Source of the DNA: Candidatus Gottesmanbacteria bacterium | Lineage (GTDB): Bacteria > Patescibacteriota > Microgenomatia > 2-02-FULL-39-11 | DNA: 64,000 nucleotides | Assembly: GCA_016195685.1 (NCBI GenBank) | Contig: JACPZE010000020.1 | Span: 85,725-149,724 of the forward strand | Direction of reading: 5' to 3' | Position numbers and translations under genes: made by a program | Shown here: positions 9,800-19,679 of the stretch, piece after piece | Layout of the letters: every line of letters starts with the position of its first letter | Position numbering within the stretch: the stretch's first letter is position 1 | The notes under the pieces: model-generated | What the model was told of the DNA's origin: nothing | Seen by the model: the letters and a program-made list of their open reading frames with translations, nothing else | The model's database searches: none

Positions 9800-11428
9800 A
9801 TGAAAAGACTGCTGCCCTTCATAGTAATATTTTTTGTAGTACTTATTTATACCAAACCTTTTTTCCGTCCCGGTTTTTTCCCCACTCATGACGGTGAATG
9901 GGCGATAGTACGTTTAGCAGAGATGCAAAGGGAAATAAAGGATTTACAGATTCCTCCCCGATGGGCTGATTATTTAAATCATGGTTACGGTTATCCTCTT
10001 TTTAACTTTACTTACCCTTTTCCGTTTTATGTTGGTACTGCATTAAGATTTTTTCATATAGGACTTACAGATAGTATCAAAATCATATTTGTGGCCAGTG
10101 CCGTTTTATCTGCTTTGTTTATGTTTCTTTTAGGTCGAGAACTGGGAGGGGAATATGCAGGGCTTCTTGCAGCTATATTTTATAGTGTTGCACCATTTAG
10201 GCTGGTAGATCTTTATATACGCGGATCCATAGGAGAGTCTTTGAGCCTTGCTATTTTTCCAATGCTTTTTTATCTGAGTCTGAAATTTATCCTCAAACCC
10301 AGTTTAATGAAAATGTCATTATGTTCAGTTGTTCTTGCGACTCTTATTCTTTCTCATAATATAATGGCTTTGGTTTTTTTCCCATTTTGGATTGTTTTTT
10401 TATACGTGTGTCTTATTTCATATTACGAAGATATAAAGTTCTACACATGGCGTTATTTTCTGCCGATGATCGCATTGGGCCTTGGTTTAGCAGCATATTT
10501 TTTCATACCTGCACTCGCAGAAAAGCAATTAGTTTTATTATCACAGGTAAAATTGGCAGACGTATCTTCAAATTTTATCAATATCAGTGATTATCTCCTT
10601 TCTCCATGGAATTACGGAATCAAACCTTCATATCAACTAGGTTGGGCTCATATTTTGGCTGGCATTTTAGCAATTATAAGTCTTATATTATCGAAAGATA
10701 TAGATAAGAAGAAATTTTGGCCCCTTTTAATTTTTATTTTGGGAAGCGTGTTTATCCTGATATTTTATGCTCATCCATTTTCCGCCGAATTTTGGAATGT
10801 ACCTCCTCTTTCGTGGTTTGACTTTCCATGGAGATTTCTCACCCCTCTGGCTTTTTTCCTGGCCCTCTCAACCATATTTCTTCCAATACATAAAGTAACT
10901 AAATTTATCGGCGGCGTTTTAGCAATCTTAACAGTAATTTTGAGTATTAATTTTGCTTCTCCACCGACTTTTATAAATAATCCTGATGCATACTATGCGA
11001 CCAACGATGCGACTACGACCTCCATGGATGAGTTAATGCCTAATTGGGTTATCAATAAACCAACCAACCGCTACGGACAAAAAATCGAGGTAGAACAAGG
11101 TAAGGCTCAACTCTATAATTTAGAATATAAATCAAACTCCATTAAATTTCGAGTTATCTCACAATCTCCAAGTATAGTAAAAGTGAATACGATTTATTAT
11201 CCAGGATGGAAATTCTATATAAATGACAAAGAAATTACTGTAAATTACAAAAGTCCCGATGGGCTTATAAGATTTGAAGCCCCTTCGGGCAATATGGGAG
11301 TTACTGGTTTGTTTAAAGAAACAAGTTTAAGATTTTGGAGTAATATTATTTCAGCTTTGAGTTTCACACTTATTATTCTGTTTTTTATATTCTCTTTGGT
11401 TAAGTGGGTAAGACTAAAGTTTGTATGA
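9800..11428 (+). CDS. YfhO/PTPS-related-family polytopic membrane protein (putative GT-C glycosyltransferase), paralog A
   Basis: N-terminal FPTHDGEW...QIPPRWADYLNHGYGYPLFNFTYPFPFY and C-terminal [17 protein letters not shown] motifs are shared with the ORFs at 11425 and 47366, and resemble the C-terminus of the long YfhO-like ORF at 26486. Confidence 0.55.
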   Translation: MKRLLPFIVIFFVVLIYTKPFFRPGFFPTHDGEWAIVRLAEMQREIKDLQIPPRWADYLNHGYGYPLFNFTYPFPFYVGTALRFFHIGLTDSIKIIFVASAVLSALFMFLLGRELGGEYAGLLAAIFYSVAPFRLVDLYIRGSIGESLSLAIFPMLFYLSLKFILKPSLMKMSLCSVVLATLILSHNIMALVFFPFWIVFLYVCLISYYEDIKFYTWRYFLPMIALGLGLAAYFFIPALAEKQLVLLSQVKLADVSSNFINISDYLLSPWNYGIKPSYQLGWAHILAGILAIISLILSKDIDKKKFWPLLIFILGSVFILIFYAHPFSAEFWNVPPLSWFDFPWRFLTPLAFFLALSTIFLPIHKVTKFIGGVLAILTVILSINFASPPTFINNPDAYYATNDATTTSMDELMPNWVINKPTNRYGQKIEVEQGKAQLYNLEYKSNSIKFRVISQSPSIVKVNTIYYPGWKFYINDKEITVNYKSPDGLIRFEAPSGNMGVTGLFKETSLRFWSNIISALSFTLIILFFIFSLVKWVRLKFV

Positions 11429-13149
11429 AAGGTTATCAACGGCGTGTTTTATACTTAATTTTAGTTATAATATTTTCTTTTTGGACTGTAAAACCACTCT
11501 TTCACGAAGGCTTTTTCCCCATGCATGATGATACTCAGCCTGCTCGCGTTTATGAGATGGCTCAAGCACTATCCCACGGTCAATTTCCGGTAAGATGGGT
11601 AGGAGATTTAGGATATGGATACGGATACCCTCTATTTAATTTTTATGCACCTTTGCCTTATTATACAGGTGCAATTTTCAATCTGATAGGATTTGATTCG
11701 ATTGTTTCTACAAAAATAATGTTTTTTATCGGAATTATCCTGGCAGGCATAACGATGTTTTACTTATTAACTAATCTAGTTGGTGAAGCAGGAGCATTGG
11801 TAGGAAGTCTGTTATACATGTACGCTCCTTATCATGCCATAGATATTTACGTTCGGGGAGCTGTGAGCGAGATTTATGCAATTGGGTTTTTGCCTTTGTT
11901 TCTTGCAGGTATTTATAGAATTTTTTCTAGTAAACTCGTAACACATCACAAGAATAATTTATTTAATTTAATCCCAACTTTAAAGTCTGATAAAGAAATT
12001 AAAAAAGGAATTTTAACAAGCATAATAGGTTTTGCGGTAATATTACTTTCTCATAATCTTATGGGGATGATCGTAATAGAATTTTTTATTGTGGGGATGA
12101 TTGTTTATTTTCTGTTTCATTTATTTAAAAGACAAAATCCAACAAAACTGTATTTATTAATGACAGTTTTCCTAATAGGATTAGGTATTTCTTCTTTTTT
12201 TATTCTTCCGGCATTTGCTGAGAAAAATTTTACTCGCATCAATGAATTGATTACCGGAGGTAGCAAATTTAGTGACCATTTTGTATATCTTGATCAATTA
12301 TGGAGTAGTCCCTGGGGATTTGGAGGTTCAGCTTTGGGTCGTGCTGATGGTATGTCTTTTATGATCGGTAAAATCCATCTATTATTAGGAATTTTATCTA
12401 TTCCGGTAGTTTTAATCTTTCATAAACGCAAAAAAATAAATAACTTTCAATTTTCTATTTTTTCCTCGCAACTAATACTTTTTGTAATTTCTGTTTTTCT
12501 TGTACTTGATATTTCCGGTTATATTTGGGCTTTAATGCCAGGATTTGCTTATATTCAATACCCTTGGAGATTTTTGGCTATTTCTATTTTCAGTATCTCT
12601 GCAATGATTTCCTTCATAGTAGTTTGTCTTAGGAAAGAGATTCAATTAATTTTTTGCATTGTTTTTATTTTATTGATGATATGGTTTAATTCAAGATATT
12701 TTGTTCCAAAAGAATATCTTCCTCTCAAACAATCAGATTACACAAGCAACCTGAATCTTCGGTATAAAATTTCTAAAATATCAGACGAATATTTGCCGTA
12801 TGATTTTATAATCCCAAAATCAACATATGAAATAGCATTGCAGGGCATAAATTCTTCTCCTGATTTTAAGGTAAAATATTTTTCAGATACTCCGGTAAAG
12901 AAATTATTTAATATTGAATCTGCTGCTAGTAAATCTTTGCAGACAAATGTTGCTTATTTTCCAGGTTGGCAGGTGAAAATAGATGGTTTCGATACAACTT
13001 TAAAATCTAGAAACGGTCGAATTGAAATTTTTATTCCACAAGGCCAACATAGTATTGAATTTAACCTTCGCAATACTTTCATACGGATACTATCAAATAG
13101 TATTTCCATATTTGCCCTTTTTTTGCTAGTATATATCATTGTTTTGTGA
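11425..13149 (+). CDS. YfhO/PTPS-related-family polytopic membrane protein, paralog B
   Basis: FPMHDDTQPARVYEMAQ...QFPVRWVGDLGYGYGYPLFNFYAPLPYY and C-terminal VAYFPGWQVKIDGFDT. The ATG at 11425 forms an ATGA overlap with the upstream stop; the track start 11404 lies further upstream. Confidence 0.55.
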   Translation: MKGYQRRVLYLILVIIFSFWTVKPLFHEGFFPMHDDTQPARVYEMAQALSHGQFPVRWVGDLGYGYGYPLFNFYAPLPYYTGAIFNLIGFDSIVSTKIMFFIGIILAGITMFYLLTNLVGEAGALVGSLLYMYAPYHAIDIYVRGAVSEIYAIGFLPLFLAGIYRIFSSKLVTHHKNNLFNLIPTLKSDKEIKKGILTSIIGFAVILLSHNLMGMIVIEFFIVGMIVYFLFHLFKRQNPTKLYLLMTVFLIGLGISSFFILPAFAEKNFTRINELITGGSKFSDHFVYLDQLWSSPWGFGGSALGRADGMSFMIGKIHLLLGILSIPVVLIFHKRKKINNFQFSIFSSQLILFVISVFLVLDISGYIWALMPGFAYIQYPWRFLAISIFSISAMISFIVVCLRKEIQLIFCIVFILLMIWFNSRYFVPKEYLPLKQSDYTSNLNLRYKISKISDEYLPYDFIIPKSTYEIALQGINSSPDFKVKYFSDTPVKKLFNIESAASKSLQTNVAYFPGWQVKIDGFDTTLKSRNGRIEIFIPQGQHSIEFNLRNTFIRILSNSISIFALFLLVYIIVL

Positions 13150-13156
13150 GTACACT

Positions 13157-13894
13157 ATGAAAAAAACTTCAGTTGAAATAGTAGTTCCTATTTATAATGA
13201 GGAAAAAGAGTTGGAAAGCAGCGTAGATAAACTTTATTCGTTTGCCCAGCAGAATTTACTTTCTTATGATTGGCATATTACTGTAGCCGATAATGCATCC
13301 ACAGATAATAGTTTCTCTATAGCACAAAAAATGGTTAAACAAAAACCTCATTTGGGATGTATGCACCTGGATCAAAAAGGCAGGGGCCGTGCAGTCAAAA
13401 AAGTATGGAGAAAAAGTATTGCAGATATTTTGGTGTATATGGATGTGGATCTCTCGACAGATTTGAAAAATCTACCCTCCCTTGTAGCGGCACTTGAGAA
13501 TAATTATGATATTGCTATTGGCTCAAGACTTTTACCAAAGTCGAAAGTTCTAAATAGACCTTTGAAACGTGAAGTTTTATCGCGTATCTATAACGTTTTG
13601 ATAAAAATATTTTTTCAGGTTCACTTTTCAGATGCTCAGTGCGGTTTTAAAGGTATTACGAGGAAAGTGGTAGATGATCTTTTACCCTTTATCGTAGATG
13701 ATGCATGGTTTTTTGATAGTGAACTTTTAATCGTTGGTGAAAAAGTTGGATTTAAAATTTACGAAGAACCGGTTCGATGGGTTGATAATCCGGGATCAAC
13801 AGTCAGAGTGCTCTCGACAGTCTCAGGTGATCTAGCGGGATTATGGCGATTATTTTGGGATAGGCCTTGGTGTAGATATAAAAATAATAAATAA
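13157..13894 (+). CDS. GT2 glycosyltransferase (DPM1/GtrB-like polyprenol-phosphate sugar synthase candidate)
   Basis: VEIVVPIYNEEKEL ... TVADNASTDNS ... DVDLSTD. The ATG at 13157 is 8 bp after the upstream stop. Confidence 0.7.
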   Translation: MKKTSVEIVVPIYNEEKELESSVDKLYSFAQQNLLSYDWHITVADNASTDNSFSIAQKMVKQKPHLGCMHLDQKGRGRAVKKVWRKSIADILVYMDVDLSTDLKNLPSLVAALENNYDIAIGSRLLPKSKVLNRPLKREVLSRIYNVLIKIFFQVHFSDAQCGFKGITRKVVDDLLPFIVDDAWFFDSELLIVGEKVGFKIYEEPVRWVDNPGSTVRVLSTVSGDLAGLWRLFWDRPWCRYKNNK

Positions 13895-13895
13895 A

Positions 13896-14930
13896 ATGAA
13901 AAATCTATTAATTACAGGTGGAGCAGGGTTCATTGGATCAAATCTGGCATCCTTTTTTCTAAAAAAAGATTATTCAGTGACCATATTTGATAACTTTGAG
14001 CGAAAAGGAACAAAACAAAATTTATCATGGCTAAAAAACCAATTTCCAAAATTAATAGTAGTAGAAGGTGATATAAGAAATAAAAAGGATTTAGATGCTG
14101 TAGTTGTTGGAAAGGAAGCGCTTTTCCATCTGGCAGCACAAGTTGCTGTAACCACTTCAGTTACTGACCCAAAAACTGATTTTGATATAAATGCACTAGG
14201 CACTTTTAATCTTTTAGAGTCGGTTCGCCAATACGGCAATAAACCTCTCGTAATTTTTTCTTCAACCAATAAAGTTTATGGTGAAATGGAAGACCTCGGA
14301 GTAGTTGAACAAAAAACACGTTATATGTATAAAGCTTTGCCTTACGGAATATCAGAAACAACCTGTCTAGATTTTCATTCTCCATACGGTTGTTCAAAAG
14401 GAGCAGCTGATCAGTATGTAAGAGATTATGCAAGAATTTATGGAATTCCAACGGTTGTCTTCAGACAATCATGCATTTACGGCCCTAATCAGTTCGGTAT
14501 AGAAGATCAAGGATGGTTAGCTTGGTTTATTATCGCCTTGTCTTTAGATCACGATATTACTATCTATGGAGATGGTAAACAAATCCGGGATGTTTTATAT
14601 ATAGACGATCTTGTACGTCTTTTTGATCTTGTTCTTGAAAATAAGGGAAAAGTGACCGGACAAATTTACAATGTGGGAGGTGGCATAAACAATACGATTT
14701 CTGTTTGGAGCGAATTCGGTCCCATACTGGAAAAATTATTTGGTAAAAAAATAAATCCCAAATTTTCTGGATGGCGTCCTGGTGATCAGAAAGTATATAT
14801 TAGTGATATAAGACATGTAGAAAAAGAATTGGGATGGAAACCAAAAATTAGCGTTGAAGAGGGTATAAGTATGCTATTTAAGTGGATCCAGATAAATAAA
14901 TCAATGCTTAAAAGCATATTATTTCAATGA
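13896..14930 (+). CDS. CDP-paratose 2-epimerase-like NAD-dependent epimerase (RfbE/Prt family)
   Basis: LITGGAGFIGSNLASFFL ... FDNFERKGTKQNLSWLK ... DFHSPYGCSKGAADQY ... DQGWLAWF closely match the Salmonella CDP-tyvelose/paratose epimerase pattern as I recall it. Confidence 0.7.
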   Translation: MKNLLITGGAGFIGSNLASFFLKKDYSVTIFDNFERKGTKQNLSWLKNQFPKLIVVEGDIRNKKDLDAVVVGKEALFHLAAQVAVTTSVTDPKTDFDINALGTFNLLESVRQYGNKPLVIFSSTNKVYGEMEDLGVVEQKTRYMYKALPYGISETTCLDFHSPYGCSKGAADQYVRDYARIYGIPTVVFRQSCIYGPNQFGIEDQGWLAWFIIALSLDHDITIYGDGKQIRDVLYIDDLVRLFDLVLENKGKVTGQIYNVGGGINNTISVWSEFGPILEKLFGKKINPKFSGWRPGDQKVYISDIRHVEKELGWKPKISVEEGISMLFKWIQINKSMLKSILFQ

Positions 14931-16051
14931 ACAAATACAAAAAAATTCTAGTCACTGGTGGAGCCGGGTTTATCGGATCTCATTTAGTGGACAAGCTTAT
15001 TGAAAATGGGTATGAGGTGAGAGTATTGGATAATCTTTTTAAACAGATTCATCCTTCTGGTCATCTTCCAGCTTATTTCAATAAAAAGGCACATTTTTTA
15101 AAAGGAGATGTGACAAATAAAGAGAATTGGTTAAAGGCATTAGATGGAATAGATGGAGTATTTCATTTTGCTGCAGCCGTAGGAGTAGGTCAAAGTATGT
15201 ATGAAATTGAGCATTATGTAAGAGTAAATTCTTTGGGTACTGCAATTCTGTTGGATATACTTGCGAATAAAAAGCATAACGTCAAAAAAATAATTGTTGC
15301 AGCTTCCATGAGTTCATATGGTGAAGGTACTTATAAGTGTAAAAATTGCGGTCTGATAAGACCCCCTTTAAGAAATGAAAAACAGTTAGAAAAACAAGAT
15401 TTTAATGTTTATTGTCCGCAATGTAGTCAAATAGTAGTTCCCGTTCCTACTAGTGAAGATGCAAAACAGAACTGTAATTCTATATATGCAATCAACAAGA
15501 AAAATCAGGAAGAAATGGTTTTAAACGTGGGTATGGCATACAGGATTCCTGCTGTGGCACTGCGATATTTTAATGTTTATGGTACAAGACAAAGTTTATC
15601 CAATCCTTACAACGGAGTCGTTGCGATTTTTATGAGCAGAATCAAAAACAATAGGCCTCCTATTATAAATGAAGATGGATTGCAAACAAGAGATTTTATA
15701 CACATCAGGGATGTCACTGCAGCAAACATTGCTGCACTTGAAGAAGATGAGGCAAATTATGAAGTATTTAATGTAGGTTCTGGTATGCCGGTTACTATAA
15801 AAAAGATAGCGGAACTTTTGGCGCAGATTTATAAGCGAAATATCAAACCGGATATCACTTCCAAAACAAGAAAACTTGATGTGAGACATTGTTATGCTGA
15901 TATAACGAAGATAACAGATTGTTTAGGTTGGCAACCGAATATGGATTTAGAAAAAGGATTATTAGAGGTTGTTGACTGGTCTCAACAAGAAAAATCAGTA
16001 GATAAATTAGATTTTGCACTACAGGAGCTTGCCAAAAGAGGATTGCGATGA
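14927..16051 (+). CDS. NAD-dependent epimerase/dehydratase (extended SDR) carrying an inserted CxxC...CxxC zinc-ribbon-like segment
   Basis: VTGGAGFIGSHLVDKL, catalytic SMSSYGEG and YAINK (YxxxK). A ~30-aa insert YKCKNCGLIRPP...VYCPQCSQ with four Cys sits between them. Confidence 0.7.
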   Translation: MNKYKKILVTGGAGFIGSHLVDKLIENGYEVRVLDNLFKQIHPSGHLPAYFNKKAHFLKGDVTNKENWLKALDGIDGVFHFAAAVGVGQSMYEIEHYVRVNSLGTAILLDILANKKHNVKKIIVAASMSSYGEGTYKCKNCGLIRPPLRNEKQLEKQDFNVYCPQCSQIVVPVPTSEDAKQNCNSIYAINKKNQEEMVLNVGMAYRIPAVALRYFNVYGTRQSLSNPYNGVVAIFMSRIKNNRPPIINEDGLQTRDFIHIRDVTAANIAALEEDEANYEVFNVGSGMPVTIKKIAELLAQIYKRNIKPDITSKTRKLDVRHCYADITKITDCLGWQPNMDLEKGLLEVVDWSQQEKSVDKLDFALQELAKRGLR

Positions 16052-16788
16052 AGATTTCCTTTATTATCCCCTTTCACAACGAAGAAAAAAATTGTCAACC
16101 TATGCTGAAAAAGGTTTTGGAATTTGCACAAAAACAAAAATTTTCATATGAGATTATACCCGTTGATGATAGAAGTACAGATAAAACAAAAATAATTTTG
16201 CGAGATTTTGCTTCACATAACAAACATATTAAACCTCTGTATCGTAAAGACGATAAAGAAGAAAAAGGAAACACCATGGGAAAAGCACTGCTGGAAGGAA
16301 CGATGAAAGCAGAAAACCCAATAATTATTTGGACGATGGGTGATCTTGCTGATGATACAAAAACATATCTAGATATAATTGAAAAAATTAATAGCGGTTT
16401 TGATATTGTTTTCGGATCAAGATATATGCCTGGTGGTTCCCGTGGAAATCTTGATTTACTTAAAGCATTCTTAAGTTCCTGGGGTACAAGAATGGCCCAA
16501 TTTTTTTTCGGAGTGCCAGTACACGATATCACGAACGCATTTCGCGGTTTTAGAAAAGAAATAATTACTCATTTAGAGCTTAAATCAACAGGATTTAGCA
16601 TTTCACCGGAATTTGCTATAAAAGCTCATCTTGCCGGTTTTAAATTGGGAGAAGTTCCTACTGTTTATATCAATAGAGTAGAGGGGGTTTCCAGTTTTAA
16701 ATTATTTAAGATGACAAAGAATTATCTCAAACTTTATTTGGATTTGTTTTGGCAGTTTAACATACTTCAAAAATCAGCTTATCAATGA
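16048..16788 (+). CDS. GT2 glycosyltransferase (DPM1-like)
   Basis: ISFIIPFHNEEKN ... IIPVDDRSTDKT ... GDLADD DxD motif. 246 aa. ATGA overlap with the upstream gene. Confidence 0.7.
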   Translation: MKISFIIPFHNEEKNCQPMLKKVLEFAQKQKFSYEIIPVDDRSTDKTKIILRDFASHNKHIKPLYRKDDKEEKGNTMGKALLEGTMKAENPIIIWTMGDLADDTKTYLDIIEKINSGFDIVFGSRYMPGGSRGNLDLLKAFLSSWGTRMAQFFFGVPVHDITNAFRGFRKEIITHLELKSTGFSISPEFAIKAHLAGFKLGEVPTVYINRVEGVSSFKLFKMTKNYLKLYLDLFWQFNILQKSAYQ

Positions 16789-17177
16789 AAATAATATTCA
16801 ATAAGAAATTAAAATATTCTCCTGCATCTCACGAAAATCCTCTTCATCGAGTAGCTTTTAAAAAAATTATTTTTACACAAAAAGATATTATGAAAGATGG
16901 AAAAATTCAGATGATTAATTGGGCAAAACTGATAAAAGGTAAATCTTTTGTACCTCATTATCATGAAGATATGGAAGAAATTTTTATAATCATAAAGGGA
17001 AGAGCTACAATTACTGTAGATAAAGAGAAAAAAGATTTAAATTCAGGCGATTCTGTATTGATTCCGCCAAAAGCAATACATGAAATGAAAAATATATCAT
17101 ATAGTGACGTAGAATATCTAGTTATAGGTATTACTTTAGGAATCGGTGGAAAAACAATAGTTACCAAAAAATTATGA
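16785..17177 (+). CDS. Cupin-domain protein (cupin_2)
   Basis: Two-His/Glu cupin motifs: FVPHYHEDMEEIFIIIKG and DSVLIPPKAIHEMKN. 130 aa. Confidence 0.6.
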   Translation: MKIIFNKKLKYSPASHENPLHRVAFKKIIFTQKDIMKDGKIQMINWAKLIKGKSFVPHYHEDMEEIFIIIKGRATITVDKEKKDLNSGDSVLIPPKAIHEMKNISYSDVEYLVIGITLGIGGKTIVTKKL

Positions 17178-18565
17178 AAACAAACATAAATATCAAATCG
17201 ATCATATTATTTTTAGTGTTTTCGATTTTTGTCAGCCTATTTTTATACAGATCGACAATCAATGCTTATTTTTTCCAAGATGATTGGTTTACGTTAAGAA
17301 TCAGTCAGGTAAAAAACTTAAGTGAGTTTTATCAATTTTTTATTCCCAGAAATGATATTATTTATTACCGTCCGTTAGGCATGCAGGTACCGTTTTTTAT
17401 TCTCCGATTGTTGTTTGGTTTAAATCCGTTGCCTTTTCATATTCTGACTATAGTCACTCATGCAGTAAATATAGTGCTGGTTTATTTACTCATTCGCTTA
17501 ATTAGAAAAGATTCTTTCACAGCGTGTTTAAGTAGCTTCCTATATGCCGTTTCCGCAATTCATTATATACCTATGTTTTGGTCATCTACCTATGCTTTTA
17601 TTTTGGGCCCTACATATGCCGTTGCTTCTTTGATTTTTTTTATTTTGTCTTTCCGAAAAAAGGAAAACCTATTTTACTGTTTGTCTTTAGTTTCATTTTT
17701 CATTGGATTGTTTGTAAACGAAATGTTAACAGTACTGCCTATAATTTTACTTTTGACGCAATTTTATTTTAATAAACTGAACATAAAAAGATTGTTGCCG
17801 TTTTTTTTGACGGTATTTATATTACTTACTTGGCGTTTTTATATTTTTCCTCCACCGGTAAGAGATGCATACCAATTAGGTATCGGAAAGGAACTGCTGA
17901 ATAATATAAAAGCTTATATATTATGGAGTTTCAATTGGCCTGAGGAAATGAAGGCTCAATTCATAACATTTTTTAATATAAACCCACAGTTTATCAGGGA
18001 ATTTTCATGGTATTTTTGGCCATTCATTATAACTTTTCTTACCAGTATTATTCTAATGTTTTTGATTCCACTTTTTCTGATTTTTTCAAAGGGTTACCAT
18101 TTAGGGAAATTGCTTATCTATAGTTCGCTTTGGTTTATTACAGGACTTCTGCCGGTTATTTTTTTCACCCAACATTCATTTTCATATTATCTGCCGATTT
18201 CTATTATCGGTTTGCTTCTTCTTCTATCATCAATGTTTAAATATCTATTTGATTTAATTCATAAAACGAGTAAGGAACTCGCTTTTATATTGATTATGAT
18301 TTTGTTGATTAATTGGAGCTATTGTACTTATATTACCATTGACTTTAACGCAAAAATTCATTGGGCTCCGAGGAGGGCAGAACTTTCAAAAACTCTTGTC
18401 ACAGAAATAGAAAAGAATTATCCTAGGTCTTTGAAAAAGGTAATACCTGTTAGCGGATCATCCGAAAACCGTCTCGCACTGAATAATCAAGATGCATTGA
18501 AAGTGATTTATAATGATGAGAGTATAGTAACTGCTTATGAATATCCTCAAACTAATTCAAAGTAA
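17174..18565 (+). CDS. Polytopic membrane protein, ArnT/GT39-like GT-C glycosyltransferase candidate
   Basis: About 11 TM helices. Loop YFFQDDWFTLR...IIYYRPLGMQVPFFILRLLFGLNPLPFHIL resembles ArnT-like first-loop architecture. Confidence 0.45.
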   Translation: MKTNINIKSIILFLVFSIFVSLFLYRSTINAYFFQDDWFTLRISQVKNLSEFYQFFIPRNDIIYYRPLGMQVPFFILRLLFGLNPLPFHILTIVTHAVNIVLVYLLIRLIRKDSFTACLSSFLYAVSAIHYIPMFWSSTYAFILGPTYAVASLIFFILSFRKKENLFYCLSLVSFFIGLFVNEMLTVLPIILLLTQFYFNKLNIKRLLPFFLTVFILLTWRFYIFPPPVRDAYQLGIGKELLNNIKAYILWSFNWPEEMKAQFITFFNINPQFIREFSWYFWPFIITFLTSIILMFLIPLFLIFSKGYHLGKLLIYSSLWFITGLLPVIFFTQHSFSYYLPISIIGLLLLLSSMFKYLFDLIHKTSKELAFILIMILLINWSYCTYITIDFNAKIHWAPRRAELSKTLVTEIEKNYPRSLKKVIPVSGSSENRLALNNQDALKVIYNDESIVTAYEYPQTNSK

Positions 18566-19679
18566 AAAGATACAATCGGTGCTTTGGTGGATATTATTCA
18601 CGCTGATAATTACCAAGTTGCTTTTTTACTTAATATCAAATAGACAGTTTTTTACTAGAATTTTCGATCCTGTCTATTATGGTGATCTATATTCCAAATC
18701 ACAATATGTAGTGGGATCAAGATCCGTAGGCGGCATTGGTGATGATGGATTGTATGCCTTTGCAGGATATTATTATTTATTCCAAAAAGGTGATGTCTCT
18801 GCAGTGAATTTTGAGCACCCGCCGTTAGGAAAATATCTAATAGGTTTGTCGATACTAATTTTTCGGAATGAAAATCTCATCAATATAATTTATTTTTCGA
18901 TATTGTTATTTGTTACTTATAAAATCGGGAATATAATACTTAAAAATAAACTGCTGTCATTACTATCGGTAGGGATAATCTCTTTTGACCCCCTTTTTTT
19001 GGATAATCTTATCAGATCACTTTTGGATTTACCGTTCACGCTGTTTTTTATACTCGGGATATATTTTTTTCTTATGAGTTTGCACAATGCCAAATATCAT
19101 TATTTTTCAATGCTTTTCTGGGGGATATCTTTTTCGACGAGATTTTTCCCAGCATTATTAATAATTTATGGATTCCTGTTTTTAGTGATTTTTCTGTATA
19201 AACGAAAAGATCTCTCAATATTGATTAAAGCCTCATTTTTAATACCTATTGTTTATCTCCTTTCACACATATCTTTTTTTGTATACCATCCGTCACTGGT
19301 AGAATTCTTGCGGCATAAAAAATGGATGTTGGCTTGGTTTACCGGATCACCGAAAATATTTGGAAATATCTGGCGGAACATTTTTACAGGGTTTTATATT
19401 GATACTACGAATAAATTAATGAAAAATGAATTTTGGATACTCTTAATTCCGATTATTATTATATTTTCGCTAATCCCCACAGTGAAAATTCAGAAAAAAA
19501 ATAGTCTAGAGTTTATAGTGTTATATGGATTAAATATTTTGTATCTAGCCTATGTAACGATTCTAACGGACGGTAATCAAAAATTCATGATGCCTATATA
19601 TCCAATGCTTTGTATTATGGCTGTAAGTAATTTTACCCTTTTGTATAGTATAATAGCCTCATGGAAGAAGTCGAATTAG
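18537..19679 (+). CDS. PMT-family (GT39) membrane mannosyltransferase-like protein
   Basis: DDGLYAFAGYYYLFQKGD...NFEHPPLGKYLIGL matches the DE...HPPL(A)K signature loop of protein O-mannosyltransferases. It is much shorter (380 aa) than eukaryotic PMTs. Confidence 0.55.
   Translation: MNILKLIQSKKIQSVLWWILFTLIITKLLFYLISNRQFFTRIFDPVYYGDLYSKSQYVVGSRSVGGIGDDGLYAFAGYYYLFQKGDVSAVNFEHPPLGKYLIGLSILIFRNENLINIIYFSILLFVTYKIGNIILKNKLLSLLSVGIISFDPLFLDNLIRSLLDLPFTLFFILGIYFFLMSLHNAKYHYFSMLFWGISFSTRFFPALLIIYGFLFLVIFLYKRKDLSILIKASFLIPIVYLLSHISFFVYHPSLVEFLRHKKWMLAWFTGSPKIFGNIWRNIFTGFYIDTTNKLMKNEFWILLIPIIIIFSLIPTVKIQKKNSLEFIVLYGLNILYLAYVTILTDGNQKFMMPIYPMLCIMAVSNFTLLYSIIASWKKSN

Noticed and set aside
10387-10590. 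Short plus-strand ORFs in alternative frames inside larger genes (also 17578-17772, 19810-20019, 21587-21829, 32458-32760, 34394-34576, 35723-35908, 37693-37887, 39636-39818, 41933-42133, 47667-47861, 51338-51532).
   Set aside because: They are out-of-frame overlaps of confidently called genes, with no RBS context and no recognisable motifs.
16785-17177. Cupin ORF as dTDP-4-dehydrorhamnose 3,5-epimerase (RmlC).
   Set aside because: It is too short (130 aa) and lacks the RmlC signature blocks. It fits a generic cupin_2 better.
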